A stretch of 64,000 nt of DNA from an uncultured Deferribacteres bacterium (GTDB lineage: Bacteria > Zhuqueibacterota > JdFR-76 > DREG01), in assembly GCA_913009825.1 (NCBI GenBank), contig CAJVYQ010000002.1, positions 82,675 through 146,674 of the forward strand. Direction: 5' to 3'. The notes under the pieces are model-generated. The model searched no databases. It was not told the origin of the DNA and saw nothing but the letters and a program-made list of their open reading frames with translations. Positions 1 through 12,055 of the stretch are shown in pieces. The translations under genes and the position numbers were made by a program. How positions within the stretch are numbered: the first letter of the stretch is position 1; the number at the start of each line of letters is the position of its first letter.

Positions 1-755
<755 letters not shown>

Positions 756-800
756 TTTAGGAAGATTAAAAGTTTTAAGGAAAGAAAAGGAAAATACAAG

Positions 801-3254
801 ATGGCAATAAACAGAGAAAGAATTATTCCGGTATTAATAGAAGAGGAAATGAAAAGCTCTTATCTGGATTATTCAATGTCGGTCATTGTAGCAAGAGCTT
901 TACCGGATGTCCGGGATGGATTGAAACCGGTTCACAGAAGAGTCCTTTATGCAATGAATGATATGGGGTTACTTCCGGATCGGCCTTACAAAAAGAGCGC
1001 CAGAATTGTAGGGGAAGTATTAGGTAAATATCATCCCCACGGTGATTCTGCTGTTTACGATTCGATGGTTAGAATGGTGCAAAGCTTTTCCTTGCGCTAC
1101 CCTCTTGTAGATGGCCAGGGGAACTTTGGTTCGGTAGATGGAGATTCTCCGGCGGCGATGCGTTATACGGAGGCGAAGTTAGAAAAAATTTCATTGGAAA
1201 TTCTTCGTGATATTCAAAAAAATACGGTAGATTTTATTCCGAATTTCGATGAATCATTGAAAGAACCGAGAGTTCTGCCTTCGGTCTTGCCCAATCTTTT
1301 GGTTAACGGTTCATCAGGAATAGCCGTGGGGATGGCAACCAATATTCCGCCGCATAATTTAGTTGAAATTATTGATGGTCTGATAAAATTGATAAACAAA
1401 CCTGAAATTGAAATAAGAGAGTTGATGGAGACAATAAAAGGTCCCGATTTTCCGACAAGTGCCATTATTTACGGAACCTCAGAGATGGAGAAAATATATA
1501 CCACGGGCAGAGGCAGAATCATTTTGAGGGCACGTTCTAATGTTGAATCCACAAAGGGAAGCAAAGAAAAAATTATTATTTCTGAACTTCCATACCAGGT
1601 TAACAAAGCCAATTTGCAGGAAAAAATGGCCAATCTTGTCCACAGGAAAAAATTGGAAGGTATTTCAGATATACGGGACGAATCCGACCGGGATGGTATG
1701 CGGGTGGTTATCGAACTGAAACGAGACGCACAACCGGAAGTTGTTCTCAATCAGCTTTTCCAGCATACACAGATGCAGGTGACGTTCGGCGTAAATTTGC
1801 TTGCCCTGGTAGACGGAGTTCCGCAAACATTGAATTTGAAACAAGCTTTACAACATTTTGTTAATTTTCGCCATGATATCGTCGTGCGCCGCACACAATT
1901 CGATTTGGATAAAGCGGAAAAACGAGCCCACATCCTTGAAGGATTAAAAATTGCGCTTGATAACATCGATGAAATTATTTCGATTATTCGTAAATCGAGA
2001 AATCCGCAAACGGCAAAAGCAAATCTAATAAGAAGCTTTAAACTATCGGAGATACAGGCTCAGGCTATCCTGGATATGCGTTTGCAAAGATTAACCGGCC
2101 TGGAAAGGAAAAAGATAGAAGATGAATATCTGGCGATAATTAAACTGATAGCGTACTTGCGGAGTATTTTGGAAAGCAATGCGTTGCGGATGAAAATAAT
2201 AAAAGATGAATTAATTGAATTAAGAGAAAAATATGGAGACAAAAGAAGAACGGAAATAATTGAAAATGTGGAAGAATTTAAAATTGAAGACCTTATCGCG
2301 GAAGAGGATATGGTTATCACCATTTCTCACAGTGGTTTCATTAAGAGATTTCCTGTTTCCGGATATCGGCGTCAATACCGTGGTGGTAAGGGTTACACAG
2401 GCGCAGCTACGAGTTCCGAAGACTTTGTCGAGCATCTTTTTGTTGCGTCTACTCATCACTATGTTCTCTTTTTTACCAATAAAGGAAAATGTTACTGGCT
2501 GAAAGTGTACGATATTCCACAATCCGGCCGCGTAAGCAAAGGCAGAGCAATTGTTAACCTGCTGAATCTCGAGAAAGGAGAAAGAATCCGTTCTTTTATT
2601 TCTGTTAAAGAATTTGATAATAAACACTCATTGATTTTTGCCACGGAACGCGGATTGGTGAAAAAAACCAATTTAATGGCTTTTTCTCATCCGCGCCTGG
2701 GTGGTATCATTGCGATGACCATCAACAAGGGTGACAGCCTGATCGAAACCAAAATGACAGATGGTACGCAAGAAGTAATTTTGGCCACTACAAATGGAAA
2801 GGCGGTTCGATTTTCGGAAAAAGATGCACGGGAAATGGGCCGAAATGCAGCCGGAGTAAAAGGAATTAGGCTTACTGCAGATGACCGGCTGATAGGAATG
2901 GTTACCGTTTTACGCGGCGCTTCCCTATTGGTTGTTTCTGAGCTCGGTTACGGAAAACGAAGCGATATTCTTGATTACCGCATGACCCGCCGGGGCGGAA
3001 AAGGCGTCATCGCCATGAAGACGAATGAAAAAACAGGAAGATTGGTGGCGATTAAATGTGTTTACGAAAATGAAGATCTGATGTTGATCACGAAAAATGG
3101 TTTGATTATCCGTCAACCTGTTAAAGGAATCCGCTCCATTGGAAGAAACACGCAGGGAGTCAGGTTGATCCGCTTAGCTGAAAACGATGAGATCGGCGAT
3201 GTCGCCCGTGTCATGGAAGAAGAAAATGGTAATGGAAACGGCGAGAAAGAATAA
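801..3254 (+). CDS. gyrA: DNA gyrase subunit A
   Basis: 817 aa. N-terminal [21 protein letters not shown] and the catalytic region AAMRYTE are present. The C-terminal beta-pinwheel repeats are present. It lies immediately downstream of gyrB. Confidence 0.95.
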   Translation: MAINRERIIPVLIEEEMKSSYLDYSMSVIVARALPDVRDGLKPVHRRVLYAMNDMGLLPDRPYKKSARIVGEVLGKYHPHGDSAVYDSMVRMVQSFSLRYPLVDGQGNFGSVDGDSPAAMRYTEAKLEKISLEILRDIQKNTVDFIPNFDESLKEPRVLPSVLPNLLVNGSSGIAVGMATNIPPHNLVEIIDGLIKLINKPEIEIRELMETIKGPDFPTSAIIYGTSEMEKIYTTGRGRIILRARSNVESTKGSKEKIIISELPYQVNKANLQEKMANLVHRKKLEGISDIRDESDRDGMRVVIELKRDAQPEVVLNQLFQHTQMQVTFGVNLLALVDGVPQTLNLKQALQHFVNFRHDIVVRRTQFDLDKAEKRAHILEGLKIALDNIDEIISIIRKSRNPQTAKANLIRSFKLSEIQAQAILDMRLQRLTGLERKKIEDEYLAIIKLIAYLRSILESNALRMKIIKDELIELREKYGDKRRTEIIENVEEFKIEDLIAEEDMVITISHSGFIKRFPVSGYRRQYRGGKGYTGAATSSEDFVEHLFVASTHHYVLFFTNKGKCYWLKVYDIPQSGRVSKGRAIVNLLNLEKGERIRSFISVKEFDNKHSLIFATERGLVKKTNLMAFSHPRLGGIIAMTINKGDSLIETKMTDGTQEVILATTNGKAVRFSEKDAREMGRNAAGVKGIRLTADDRLIGMVTVLRGASLLVVSELGYGKRSDILDYRMTRRGGKGVIAMKTNEKTGRLVAIKCVYENEDLMLITKNGLIIRQPVKGIRSIGRNTQGVRLIRLAENDEIGDVARVMEEENGNGNGEKE

Positions 3255-3449
3255 AGCAATTTTTTTTGATCTTTCACTGCAGTAGGCCAGGAGAAAGAAA
3301 AACATTTTGCCGGCCATCTCCGGGCTTTGTGCAGTAATCAAATATCAAAGCGGAAATAATTTCTGCTTAATCATCTTGCAATTGTTTGTAATTCCACTTA
3401 TGTTATTATAACCTAAATTGAGCGATTCTCATGTTATCCAGTAGGAATC

Positions 3450-4493
3450 TTGCGGGTCATTCATAAATATGTATTTTTTCCGTTCAATAAAAAGGTGAGT
3501 AACTTTTTGCGAGACAAACCGATAAAAATTTTTATTCCGATGGGTGATGCGAACGGAATCGGCCCGGAAATTACAATAAAGGCTTTGGAACAAAGCCAAT
3601 TTTTGGATGATGTTCGTTTTTATGTTATTGGAGATAAAAAGGTTTTTGATTATTATCGAAAACTGCTAAAAATTAAACGGCCGGTTCCTGATCCAAAATC
3701 AGATAAAACCGGAATAATATTTATCGAAAAAAATATACCGAAACCCAATTCATTTTCACCGGGTAAAATATCTCAGGAAACCGGAAAAAACAGTGTGGAA
3801 AATCTTTATAAAGCGCTGTCTCTGGCAAAAAAAGAAGGGTTTGCCGGTATTGTCACGGCACCGGTTTCAAAAGAGGCGATGTGGCTTTCCGGTATACCTT
3901 TTCCAGGACAAACAGAATTGATTTCCGATTATTTTGGCGAAAAATATTTTGCCATGATGTTAATTTCAGGTAATTTCCGTGTGGCTTTTGTTACCACGCA
4001 TCATCCTTTGAAAAAAATTCCCGGCTTGCTTTCGCAAGCCCTGGTGGAAGAAAAGTGCCTGGTTTTACAGAGAGAGTTGATAAATCGTTTTCAAATCCGG
4101 AATCCGGTAATTGCCATTGCCGCGCTTAATCCCCACAGCGGCGAAAACGGTAAACTGGGAGATGAAGAGATAAAAATTTTAACTCCGGCAGTAAAAAATT
4201 TACAGGTTTCAGGTCTGGATATCCGGGGACCTTTTCCTTCGGATACTTTATTCACGCCACAAAAAATAACTCGGTTCGACGCATTTGTCGCGCTGTATCA
4301 CGATCAGGGAATGATTCCCATAAAAATGCACGGTTTTGGCAAAGCTGTGAATATGACGGCGGGATTGCCTGTTGTGAGAACATCGCCGGATCATGGTACG
4401 GCTTTTGATATTGCCGGGAAGGGAATTGCAAATGAATCGAGCATGGTGGAGGCAATTAAGCTTGCGATTGCGCTGGTCCGTCAGGGATGTTAA
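3450..4493 (+). CDS. pdxA: 4-hydroxythreonine-4-phosphate dehydrogenase
   Basis: KPIKIFIPMGDANGIGPEI matches the PdxA N-terminal GDPAGIGPEI motif. ALNPHSGENG and HDQGMIP are also present. The real start may lie downstream of 3450 (possible TTG near 3508). Confidence 0.8.
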   Translation: MRVIHKYVFFPFNKKVSNFLRDKPIKIFIPMGDANGIGPEITIKALEQSQFLDDVRFYVIGDKKVFDYYRKLLKIKRPVPDPKSDKTGIIFIEKNIPKPNSFSPGKISQETGKNSVENLYKALSLAKKEGFAGIVTAPVSKEAMWLSGIPFPGQTELISDYFGEKYFAMMLISGNFRVAFVTTHHPLKKIPGLLSQALVEEKCLVLQRELINRFQIRNPVIAIAALNPHSGENGKLGDEEIKILTPAVKNLQVSGLDIRGPFPSDTLFTPQKITRFDAFVALYHDQGMIPIKMHGFGKAVNMTAGLPVVRTSPDHGTAFDIAGKGIANESSMVEAIKLAIALVRQGC

Positions 4494-5235
4494 AAAAGTA
4501 AGACCCTATGAAAAACTTGCCTCCATCTATGATCATTTGATGAGTCATGTTGATTACCAATTTTGGGCGGAATACACACATGACCTGATTCAGAGATGGC
4601 ATCCCCAGGTGCAAACTTTGCTGGACATTGCCTGCGGTACCGGAAATCTGTTAAAAGAGATGAACGAATTTTCTTACAAGCTTTTTGGTTGCGATTTTTC
4701 TTTTCCCATGGTCTTACAAGCTGCAAAGAAACCGTCTCTCTGGAATGTTTCTTTATGGCAAAGTGATATGGTGCATCCGGCATTCAAACGGCGGATGGAT
4801 GTAATTCTCTGTTTATATGACAGCATAAATTATATTATGAAAGAAGAAAAAATTGCACAATTTTTAATAACCACAAATGCTTTATTGTCGCCGCAGGGAA
4901 TTCTTATTTTTGATATCTGTACGGAGCGAAATTCTCTTAATTATTTTTACAACTATTACGATCATGATGAGAATGAAAAATTCTCTTATGATCGCTGGAG
5001 TCACTACAATCAGAAAAAGAAAATTCAATTCACGGAATTTAAAATTCGTATAAAAAATAATCCGGTTACTTATCATGAAGTTCATGAGCAACGTATTTAT
5101 CCAATCTCCATCTTCCTCCGTTTAATCAAATCTTCACCGCTAAAAATATTAAGTGTTTACGATGAATTTTCTTTCGATCAGCCACAGAATAAATCTAATC
5201 GTATTCATTTTGTTCTGCAAAGGAGAGAATTTTAA
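4432..5235 (+). CDS. class I SAM-dependent methyltransferase
   Basis: The LDIACGTGNLL glycine-rich SAM-binding motif is present. The ORF in the track starts at 4393 and overlaps the pdxA 3' end. The first in-frame ATG is at 4432, so the start is uncertain. Confidence 0.6.
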   Translation: MNRAWWRQLSLRLRWSVRDVKKVRPYEKLASIYDHLMSHVDYQFWAEYTHDLIQRWHPQVQTLLDIACGTGNLLKEMNEFSYKLFGCDFSFPMVLQAAKKPSLWNVSLWQSDMVHPAFKRRMDVILCLYDSINYIMKEEKIAQFLITTNALLSPQGILIFDICTERNSLNYFYNYYDHDENEKFSYDRWSHYNQKKKIQFTEFKIRIKNNPVTYHEVHEQRIYPISIFLRLIKSSPLKILSVYDEFSFDQPQNKSNRIHFVLQRREF

Positions 5236-5239
5236 AAAC

Positions 5240-5890
5240 ATGTTGCATTTTTTTAATGTAAGTTTCCAATATAAGTATGGTTACGGAGTTTCAAACCTTT
5301 CTTTTTCCGTGGAGAATGGCGAATTTGTTTTTTTGGTTGGCCCCTCCGGAGCAGGAAAAACAACCATATTTAAATTGATTAATCTGGAACTTTTTCCTCA
5401 AACAGGGAATATTGTTTTAGGTGATAGGAACTCTATTTATTTGCGGAAAAAAGACATCCCTTATATACGGCGGAGACTGGGAATTGTATTCCAGGATTTT
5501 AAATTGTTGCCGGAAAAAACCGTTTATGATAATGTGGCCTTCGCAATGCGGGTCGTCGGAGCTTCCGGGCGTCGGATAAAACGCAGGGTTTTGGAAGTTT
5601 TAAAAGATGTGGGCCTTTCTCACAAAAAGCTGAAAATGCCCGGGGAACTCTCCGGCGGCGAACAGCAAAGAGTAGCCATTGCACGAGCGCTTGTAAATGA
5701 ACCGTACCTGCTGCTTGCCGATGAACCGGCCGGAAACCTGGATCAGGAAACAGCTTATGAAACCATGAAGCTGCTTGAAAGATTAAACTCCCGCGGAACC
5801 ACAATCCTGATGGCAACACACAATGAAAAGCTGGCAAAGGAAAGACAAAAAAGAATCATCTATATCAAAGACGGAAGGATAACCAGTTGA
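5240..5890 (+). CDS. ftsE: cell division ATP-binding protein FtsE
   Basis: ABC ATPase with Walker A (GPSGAGKTT), signature ([15 protein letters not shown]) and Walker B ([12 protein letters not shown]). ftsX lies directly downstream. Start taken as the ATG at 5240 (MLHFFNV...). Confidence 0.85.
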   Translation: MLHFFNVSFQYKYGYGVSNLSFSVENGEFVFLVGPSGAGKTTIFKLINLELFPQTGNIVLGDRNSIYLRKKDIPYIRRRLGIVFQDFKLLPEKTVYDNVAFAMRVVGASGRRIKRRVLEVLKDVGLSHKKLKMPGELSGGEQQRVAIARALVNEPYLLLADEPAGNLDQETAYETMKLLERLNSRGTTILMATHNEKLAKERQKRIIYIKDGRITS

Positions 5891-6744
5891 GTTGGTTCTA
5901 TTCAATTAATGAAAGCATCTCAGCGCTGAAGAAATCCTGGATATCCAGTTTTCTTTCTATTTCATCCATGGCAGTATCTTTATTTTTTTTGGGTGTTTTT
6001 ATGATTACTATTTTCCATGGATGGAAATTAGTAAGACATTTAAAAAGTCAGATTGAGATGGAAGTGTTTTTAAAAGATGGCATCAACAATGAACTTTTGA
6101 AATCTATCCGGTTAAAACTTGAACCGATGGAGGAAATTGATACACTTATTTATATTTCCAAGGAAAAAGCACTGGCAGGTTTTCAAAAGGAGATTGGCAA
6201 TGAAGAAATTGTGGATCTTCTTGGTGAAAACCCGCTACCGGCCTCTTTTCGTATCCGCCTGAAAGAAGCATATCATAATAAAGAGAATGTTGCAAAGATG
6301 CAGAAAAAAATTGAAAAATGGGCAGGAGTTGACGAGGTTCTCTACCGCTACGATTTATTAGATGCCATTATGAAATATTTAAAAACAATTATTCTCGTTG
6401 CATTTTTTCTGGGAGGAACGTTGGTTATTGCCTCCATTTTGTTGATCTCAAATACAGTCAGATTATCAATTTCCACAAAAAGAGATTCAATTAAAATTAT
6501 GAATTTGGTGGGCGCAACTCCCGGGTTTATTCGCCGTCCTTTTATTTTTGCAGGTGCTATACAGGGGGCATCGGGGGCTTTTGTTGCCATTATCGCTCTA
6601 TTTTTTTTGGCAAAAATAGTCGGTTTTTTCCTTCCGGAAATCAAGCTGCACTTCGTTTATGTTTATCTTGGTTTACTAATTTGGGGAATCTTTTTGGGTA
6701 GCATGGGAAGTTGGATTGCCATGCACCGTTATTTAAGGCTTTGA
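5887..6744 (+). CDS. ftsX: cell division permease-like protein FtsX
   Basis: 285 aa. An N-terminal TM helix, a periplasmic domain and three C-terminal TM helices are present. TTG start overlaps the ftsE stop by 4 nt. Confidence 0.8.
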   Translation: MSWFYSINESISALKKSWISSFLSISSMAVSLFFLGVFMITIFHGWKLVRHLKSQIEMEVFLKDGINNELLKSIRLKLEPMEEIDTLIYISKEKALAGFQKEIGNEEIVDLLGENPLPASFRIRLKEAYHNKENVAKMQKKIEKWAGVDEVLYRYDLLDAIMKYLKTIILVAFFLGGTLVIASILLISNTVRLSISTKRDSIKIMNLVGATPGFIRRPFIFAGAIQGASGAFVAIIALFFLAKIVGFFLPEIKLHFVYVYLGLLIWGIFLGSMGSWIAMHRYLRL

Positions 6745-6940
6745 ATTTTAAGGAAAAAACAGGATAACTTCCTTATTTTACTGAATTAAATTTAAGTAAT
6801 TTTTCTTGACAATACTTACAAAAATTATTAACTTAAACTTTGAATTTTTTTGAATTAGTAAAAAATTTCGTAAATAAATTTTTACACAGATGAAAAACAG
6901 AGCCAATTTATGGTTTTTTTTCATTGACAGGTGATTGGTT

Positions 6941-7966
6941 ATGATTAAAACAAATGATCGTGAACGACTTATTTTAAAATTGGTCGTTGAAGATTTTATC
7001 GATTCGGTATTTCCCATAAGTTCCCGGACACTGTGTAAAAACCATGATTTGGGATTAAGTCCCGCAACGGTACGAAATGTGATGATGGATCTGGAGGAAA
7101 AGGGATTGCTCGCCCAACCTCATGTTTCAGCCGGACGCATTCCTACAGATTCCGGGTACCGTCTTTATGTAGATGATTTGATGTCTGTCGATCCACTGTC
7201 ACGTTCAGAAAGAAGAAACGTATTGGAAAAACTAAAGAAAGTTTCTTTAGATATCGACCAGATTCTCGAAAGAGCGTCGAAAATACTGGGTGAAATTTCA
7301 AACCAACTGGGTATCGTTTTATTGCCGCGTTTTTATGAGGGGCTTTTCGAGAAATTGGAGTTAGTGCCCATCAATTCCAGTCGAACACTGTTGGTGGTTA
7401 ATATCCAATCCGGGTTGGTAAAGACGATTATGCTGGAGCTTGATTTTGAAATATCGCGGGATACTCTGGAAGCAACCTCCAGAATTTTGAATGAACGTCT
7501 GCATGGTTTGCTACTTTCGGAAATAAAAGACAGCATCGATGATCGGTTAAAAAATGTAAATCAGGGACACCCCAACCTGATTCAATATTTTCAATCCTCG
7601 GCTGAAGAAGTCTTCGATTTTGAGGATTGGGAAGATTATTATTTTGGCGGAACCAGAAATATTCTTCGCCAACCTGAATTTACACCGGTTTCGCAGTTTG
7701 ATAATTTAATGGAATTGTTGGAAAACAAACACAACATGATTCAGTTTTTGGAACACACGTCTACTAAAAGACCGTTGAGAATTTCAATCGGGCGGGAAAA
7801 CGACGAGCCGAAAATGAATAGTTGCAGTGTTGTTTCATCTGATTATCAGATTGGTAACGTCCGGGGAGTTGTAGGAATTATCGGGCCAACGCGCATGGAT
7901 TATGGCCGGATGGTTTCTATTGTTAAATATATGTCACATGCAATTACCAATACAGTCACAAATTAA
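6941..7966 (+). CDS. hrcA: heat-inducible transcription repressor HrcA
   Basis: About 340 aa with an N-terminal winged-helix region. The operon order hrcA-grpE-dnaJ is conserved. Start taken as the ATG at 6941 (the ORF opens at a TTG at 6935). Confidence 0.8.
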   Translation: MIKTNDRERLILKLVVEDFIDSVFPISSRTLCKNHDLGLSPATVRNVMMDLEEKGLLAQPHVSAGRIPTDSGYRLYVDDLMSVDPLSRSERRNVLEKLKKVSLDIDQILERASKILGEISNQLGIVLLPRFYEGLFEKLELVPINSSRTLLVVNIQSGLVKTIMLELDFEISRDTLEATSRILNERLHGLLLSEIKDSIDDRLKNVNQGHPNLIQYFQSSAEEVFDFEDWEDYYFGGTRNILRQPEFTPVSQFDNLMELLENKHNMIQFLEHTSTKRPLRISIGRENDEPKMNSCSVVSSDYQIGNVRGVVGIIGPTRMDYGRMVSIVKYMSHAITNTVTN

Positions 7967-7994
7967 AAAACAATCTAAGGAGTGTTTTACATAT

Positions 7995-8582
7995 ATGCCA
8001 GAAACCGAAGTTAAAGAAACGGATGAAAAAATTGAGGAATTAAAAGAGAATAATGAAAAGGAAGAGAAAAGCAGAACAGTAAAGACAAAAAGAACGAGCA
8101 GTCGTGGCAAAGTAAAAAAATTAGAAGAAGAGATAAAAAAACTTCGGGAAAATATTGTTCTGCAAAAAGAAAATTATCTCCGCCAAGCTGCAGATTTTGA
8201 TAATTATAAAAAATTGATGAACCGGGAAACGGAAAACCGGATTCGATCATCAGTAGAAAATATTATTTTAGAGATGCTGCCGGTTTTGGATGATCTGGAC
8301 AGGACAATAAGCGCTGTGCCGGAAGATGAACAGGAATCATCCATTTTAGACGGAGTAAAAATGATTCGCAACAACATGAAAAAAACGCTGGAAAAATTCG
8401 GTGTTCAGGAGATAGAATCGGTTGGCAAAGAGTTTAATGTGGAATATCACGAGGCAATGATGATGCTGAAAGATGAAAATTACCCATCGGATATAGTGGT
8501 TCAGGAACATCAAAAAGGATATAAATTCCAAGACCGTGTAATTCGACATGCAAAGGTTGCGGTGAATAAACTTGATTCATGA
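7995..8582 (+). CDS. grpE: nucleotide exchange factor GrpE
   Basis: A K/E-rich coiled-coil N-terminus is followed by a GrpE C-terminal domain (KFGVQEIESVGKEFN...HEAMM). An AAGGAG RBS precedes the ATG at 7995. Confidence 0.85.
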   Translation: MPETEVKETDEKIEELKENNEKEEKSRTVKTKRTSSRGKVKKLEEEIKKLRENIVLQKENYLRQAADFDNYKKLMNRETENRIRSSVENIILEMLPVLDDLDRTISAVPEDEQESSILDGVKMIRNNMKKTLEKFGVQEIESVGKEFNVEYHEAMMMLKDENYPSDIVVQEHQKGYKFQDRVIRHAKVAVNKLDS

Positions 8583-8647
8583 ATGGTTGGGTTTGTTGCA
8601 GCGATAATAAATAATGACAGGAAAAAATGAACAGATGGTGATAAATA

Positions 8648-9781
8648 GTGAAAAAAGATTATTATGAAATTTTTGGGATTAGGAGAGAAGCCAGCGAGAG
8701 CGAGATAAAGAAAGCCTATAGAAAGCTGGCGATGCAATACCATCCCGATAGAAACCCCGGGGATAAAGAGGCGGAAGAAAAATTTAAAGAAGCAGCCGAA
8801 GCTTATGAAATATTAAACAACCCGGAAAAGAGACAGCTTTACGACCAGTACGGTCACCGTGGTGTTGACAGCAGTTTTGGCGGCGGTGTTGATTTTGATA
8901 TTTCCGACGCTTTGCGAACCTTTATGGAAGGTTTTGGTGGTTTTGGCGATTTTTTTGGCGGCAGGCGGTCTTCCGGTCGACAGCAACGGGTTGGCAGCGA
9001 TTTGCAATTACGCCTGGCATTAACGCTGGAAGAAATTGCCAAAGGAGTTGAAAAAAATATACGTATAAAAAGACTTGGTACCTGCAATAAGTGTGGCGGC
9101 ACAGGTTCGGAAAGTAGTAACGGAGTTACCACTTGTCATATGTGTCACGGAAGCGGTGAAGTGAGGCAGGTATCCCGGTCTGTGTTCGGTCAGTTTGTAA
9201 ATGTATCTACATGCCCAACTTGCCATGGCGAAGGGCAGATTGTTTCCCAGCCGTGCAGTGTCTGCCGCGGGGAAGGCAGGGTTCGAAAAGATGAAGAAAT
9301 AAAGGTAAGAATTCCAGCCGGAGTGTCAACCGGAAACTATTTGTCCCGAAGAGGTGAAGGCAACAAGGGGCCGCGCAACGGTCCGGCCGGAGATTTGATT
9401 ATTTTGATTGAGGAAAAGGAACATCCACTTTTCGAACGCCACGGTGATGATGTTTTATACGAATTGCCGGTAGGTTATTCTCAATTGGTGATGGGCTCTG
9501 AAATTGAGGTGCCCACGTTAAACGGCAAGGTAAAATTGAAAATCCCGGGAAGAACACAAGCAGGAAAAATCTTTCGCCTTAAAGGGAAGGGAATCCCGGA
9601 ATTAAACGGTTTTGGCCGGGGAGATCTGCTTGTGCAGGTTTTTCTGTATACACCGGATAAGCTAAATAGTGAAGAAAAAAAATTAATCGAAAAACTGGCT
9701 GAATTTGAAAAAGAACATCTTAAGAAGTACAGCCGGCATAAAAGTAAAAAGAAAAAAGGATTTTTCAAACAGTTTGTTTAA
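8648..9781 (+). CDS. dnaJ: molecular chaperone DnaJ
   Basis: J-domain with HPD (YHPDRN). A G/F-rich linker follows. Four CxxCxGxG zinc-finger repeats are present. GTG start. Confidence 0.95.
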   Translation: MKKDYYEIFGIRREASESEIKKAYRKLAMQYHPDRNPGDKEAEEKFKEAAEAYEILNNPEKRQLYDQYGHRGVDSSFGGGVDFDISDALRTFMEGFGGFGDFFGGRRSSGRQQRVGSDLQLRLALTLEEIAKGVEKNIRIKRLGTCNKCGGTGSESSNGVTTCHMCHGSGEVRQVSRSVFGQFVNVSTCPTCHGEGQIVSQPCSVCRGEGRVRKDEEIKVRIPAGVSTGNYLSRRGEGNKGPRNGPAGDLIILIEEKEHPLFERHGDDVLYELPVGYSQLVMGSEIEVPTLNGKVKLKIPGRTQAGKIFRLKGKGIPELNGFGRGDLLVQVFLYTPDKLNSEEKKLIEKLAEFEKEHLKKYSRHKSKKKKGFFKQFV

Positions 9782-9821
9782 ATTCGGGAAGAGTATTTTA
9801 GTCATCTAAAAATGATGGATA

Positions 9822-10286
9822 ATGGGGACGCCGGGTTTTAAATTTTGGCGGAAAGAACGCTTTGACAGTTTGGGAATTTCAACGAATCAAATTATCATCA
9901 TGGCCGTTCTTGTCGTTACTTTATTGTTTGGGTTGGTTTTGTCGCAAACACAAAGGACACGGATTCCAAAAGTATCTGTTGCTGATGAAGAGAGAGCGGC
10001 AGGGGAGTTAAAATTAAAAGTTACTGAAATTGAAAGTTTATGGTATGCAGAAAGGTCGTCAGCCGGTAGGGGTAAGGCAATTGAACTTTCATTTAAAATA
10101 AACCTTAATGAAGCGGTGGAAAAAGATCTGATGCGTCTGCCGGGAATTGGGGCGGTATTGGCAAAGCGGATCATTGATTATCGTAATCGGAACGGCAGTT
10201 TTAAAAAGCAGGAAGATTTAAAAGGAGTTAGAGGTATTGGCAAAAAGAAATACGACCGTTTGGCACCATATATTAAAATAAATTAA
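9822..10286 (+). CDS. comEA: ComEA-family helix-hairpin-helix DNA-binding protein
   Basis: An N-terminal TM helix is present. The C-terminal tandem HhH motif ([45 protein letters not shown]) is characteristic of ComEA. Confidence 0.8.
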   Translation: MGTPGFKFWRKERFDSLGISTNQIIIMAVLVVTLLFGLVLSQTQRTRIPKVSVADEERAAGELKLKVTEIESLWYAERSSAGRGKAIELSFKINLNEAVEKDLMRLPGIGAVLAKRIIDYRNRNGSFKKQEDLKGVRGIGKKKYDRLAPYIKIN

Positions 10287-10376
10287 GTCATGATAGCGTT
10301 GCCCTCTTTTCTGATTGAAAACATTAAAAAAGGCGGCGGGCGAAATTTGAAAAATAGTGTTGTAACAGGAGGAGAA

Positions 10377-11033
10377 ATGGCAAAGAAAAAAGTTAAAGGT
10401 TCGTTGGTTTATGAAATTTTGATTGTTATTCTTACGGTTGTATTGGTGGCAACGCTTCTCTACCCGAAATCAGTTTGGAAGCGGGTAAATTATGAAGCGA
10501 TGTTGTGCAGAGACCAGATGGAAAGAATTGTCGATGCGGAAGGGTTATACATTAGTTTTCATGAAAGCCATACGTTTGATTCCTCTTTGGTGAACGTGAT
10601 GAATTATATACGGAATGATTCCATATTCGGTCTCGATTCTGTACATTCGACTATGAGGGATACATTTTACGTGAAGCTAATTTTTGATTACTTACGGGAT
10701 TATCAGGATATTCCCACTAAAAAGGCGGACGATTCCGCTGCTTCGCTTTTGGAAAAAAGATCGGATTCCCTGGCAACGGCTCAAGTTGATTCCATTATAA
10801 ATGTTATGTTAAACAAGATATTAACTTGTCCTACCTCCAGAGATACCTATAAGGTTCAGGTTGTGGACACATCTGCAATTAAAATATTAAAGGTTTCTTG
10901 TCCATTAGATTCGGTTACATTGGATAGTCTTAATCATAATTTCTGGTTTCGGGTTGTTGGCAGTGGAAAATTTGAAAATCACGGCACAATTGATAATGGT
11001 CAGCCATCCTGGGAACCGATGAAACGTAAATAA
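10377..11033 (+). CDS. type IV pilin-like (pseudopilin) protein, putative
   Basis: An AGGAGG RBS precedes the ATG at 10377. The N-terminus MAKKKVKG|SLVYEILIVILTVVLVATLL fits a class III prepilin signal: basic leader, Gly cleavage site, Glu at +5, hydrophobic helix. The rest has no recognisable family. Confidence 0.45.
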   Translation: MAKKKVKGSLVYEILIVILTVVLVATLLYPKSVWKRVNYEAMLCRDQMERIVDAEGLYISFHESHTFDSSLVNVMNYIRNDSIFGLDSVHSTMRDTFYVKLIFDYLRDYQDIPTKKADDSAASLLEKRSDSLATAQVDSIINVMLNKILTCPTSRDTYKVQVVDTSAIKILKVSCPLDSVTLDSLNHNFWFRVVGSGKFENHGTIDNGQPSWEPMKRK

Positions 11034-11076
11034 ATCAGGTTAACTCAAAATTTTGACCGATTGGAGATGTTAAATT

Positions 11077-12030
11077 ATGCTCGGGTTTTCATTATTAAAA
11101 AACAATTTTCATTTTGTTGATATTCAGTACCAGGATGGCAAGCCGGTTGTGAATCAATTTGCCAAAAGAGCAACGCCGGTCCCGTTTACTCCGGAAAGTG
11201 TAATGGATGAAAATTCTAAGAATGAATTTCGGATGCTGATTGAAGAGGCTATCAATTATTACAAATTAAGTGGCCCCGTTGCCGTTTCTCTGGATAGCCA
11301 GTTTGCTATGGTGCGAAAAATAATGGTTGACCTGACATTTTCTGAGGTTGAAACAGAAGAACAAATTGTCTGGGAAATGCGGCAAATTATTCCGGAAGAA
11401 TCTTTGCCGCATTATCAATTCGTTTATGAAGAACTTCCCGGTGGCTATTATCAGGATAAAAAAGCGCTGCTGTTTGTAACCTTTCGGAAAGAACTGCTTG
11501 CAGTTGTAAAGGAACTGTTTTTGGGCACGCCGCTAAAGGTTCAGTTTATTGAACCCGATCTGTTTTCAGCTCTGTACGGAACCAATCGGCTTTTTGGCAC
11601 CAGGGAACACGATTTATGTTTTTTAACAGATTTAAAACAGCACGCACTTGAGGCCGTTGCTGTCAGAAAGGGCGAGTTTTTTGAACAAGATCGGATTTTA
11701 TTTAATCAGGATGGAGAGGAGCAGGAAGTAGAAACATACGATTCTGATGAAAATCTGGCCAATCTGATTAATAAGGAAATGCGACGCAAGCTTCTGGATT
11801 ACGGATTGGAGGAGGAAAAACAAGTTGATATGTTATTCCTTTATGGTGAAAGAGCAGGATCAGACCTGCTTGATCAGGTGAAACAGAATACGCCGGCAAA
11901 GGAAGTGGTTTTGGTTGAACCGTTTAAAAAATTGGAATTGAATCAGGAAATTGAAAATCAGGTTGAAGAACTGACAACATCCGGAGAATATCTGATTTGT
12001 GTGGGTTCGGCCTTACGCTCTATTCTTTAA
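11077..12030 (+). CDS. hypothetical protein (possible pilus/competence assembly component)
   Basis: 317-aa acidic soluble protein. It sits between the pilin-like gene and a bitopic membrane protein. Any PilM-like role is only suggested by position. Confidence 0.3.
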   Translation: MLGFSLLKNNFHFVDIQYQDGKPVVNQFAKRATPVPFTPESVMDENSKNEFRMLIEEAINYYKLSGPVAVSLDSQFAMVRKIMVDLTFSEVETEEQIVWEMRQIIPEESLPHYQFVYEELPGGYYQDKKALLFVTFRKELLAVVKELFLGTPLKVQFIEPDLFSALYGTNRLFGTREHDLCFLTDLKQHALEAVAVRKGEFFEQDRILFNQDGEEQEVETYDSDENLANLINKEMRRKLLDYGLEEEKQVDMLFLYGERAGSDLLDQVKQNTPAKEVVLVEPFKKLELNQEIENQVEELTTSGEYLICVGSALRSIL

Positions 12031-12055
12031 TTAATAATTGGTTGGGGAGGTTTAC

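Noticed and set aside
3255-3449. Intergenic region after gyrA scanned for a terminator or riboswitch
   Set aside because: It has an A/T-rich tract but no convincing GC hairpin or conserved motif. Nothing reportable.
6745-6940. Looked for a CIRCE operator (TTAGCACTC-N9-GAGTGCTAA) upstream of hrcA-grpE-dnaJ
   Set aside because: No CIRCE-like inverted repeat is present. Only an AT-rich region with a TTGACA promoter-like hexamer is there. HrcA may bind a divergent operator elsewhere.
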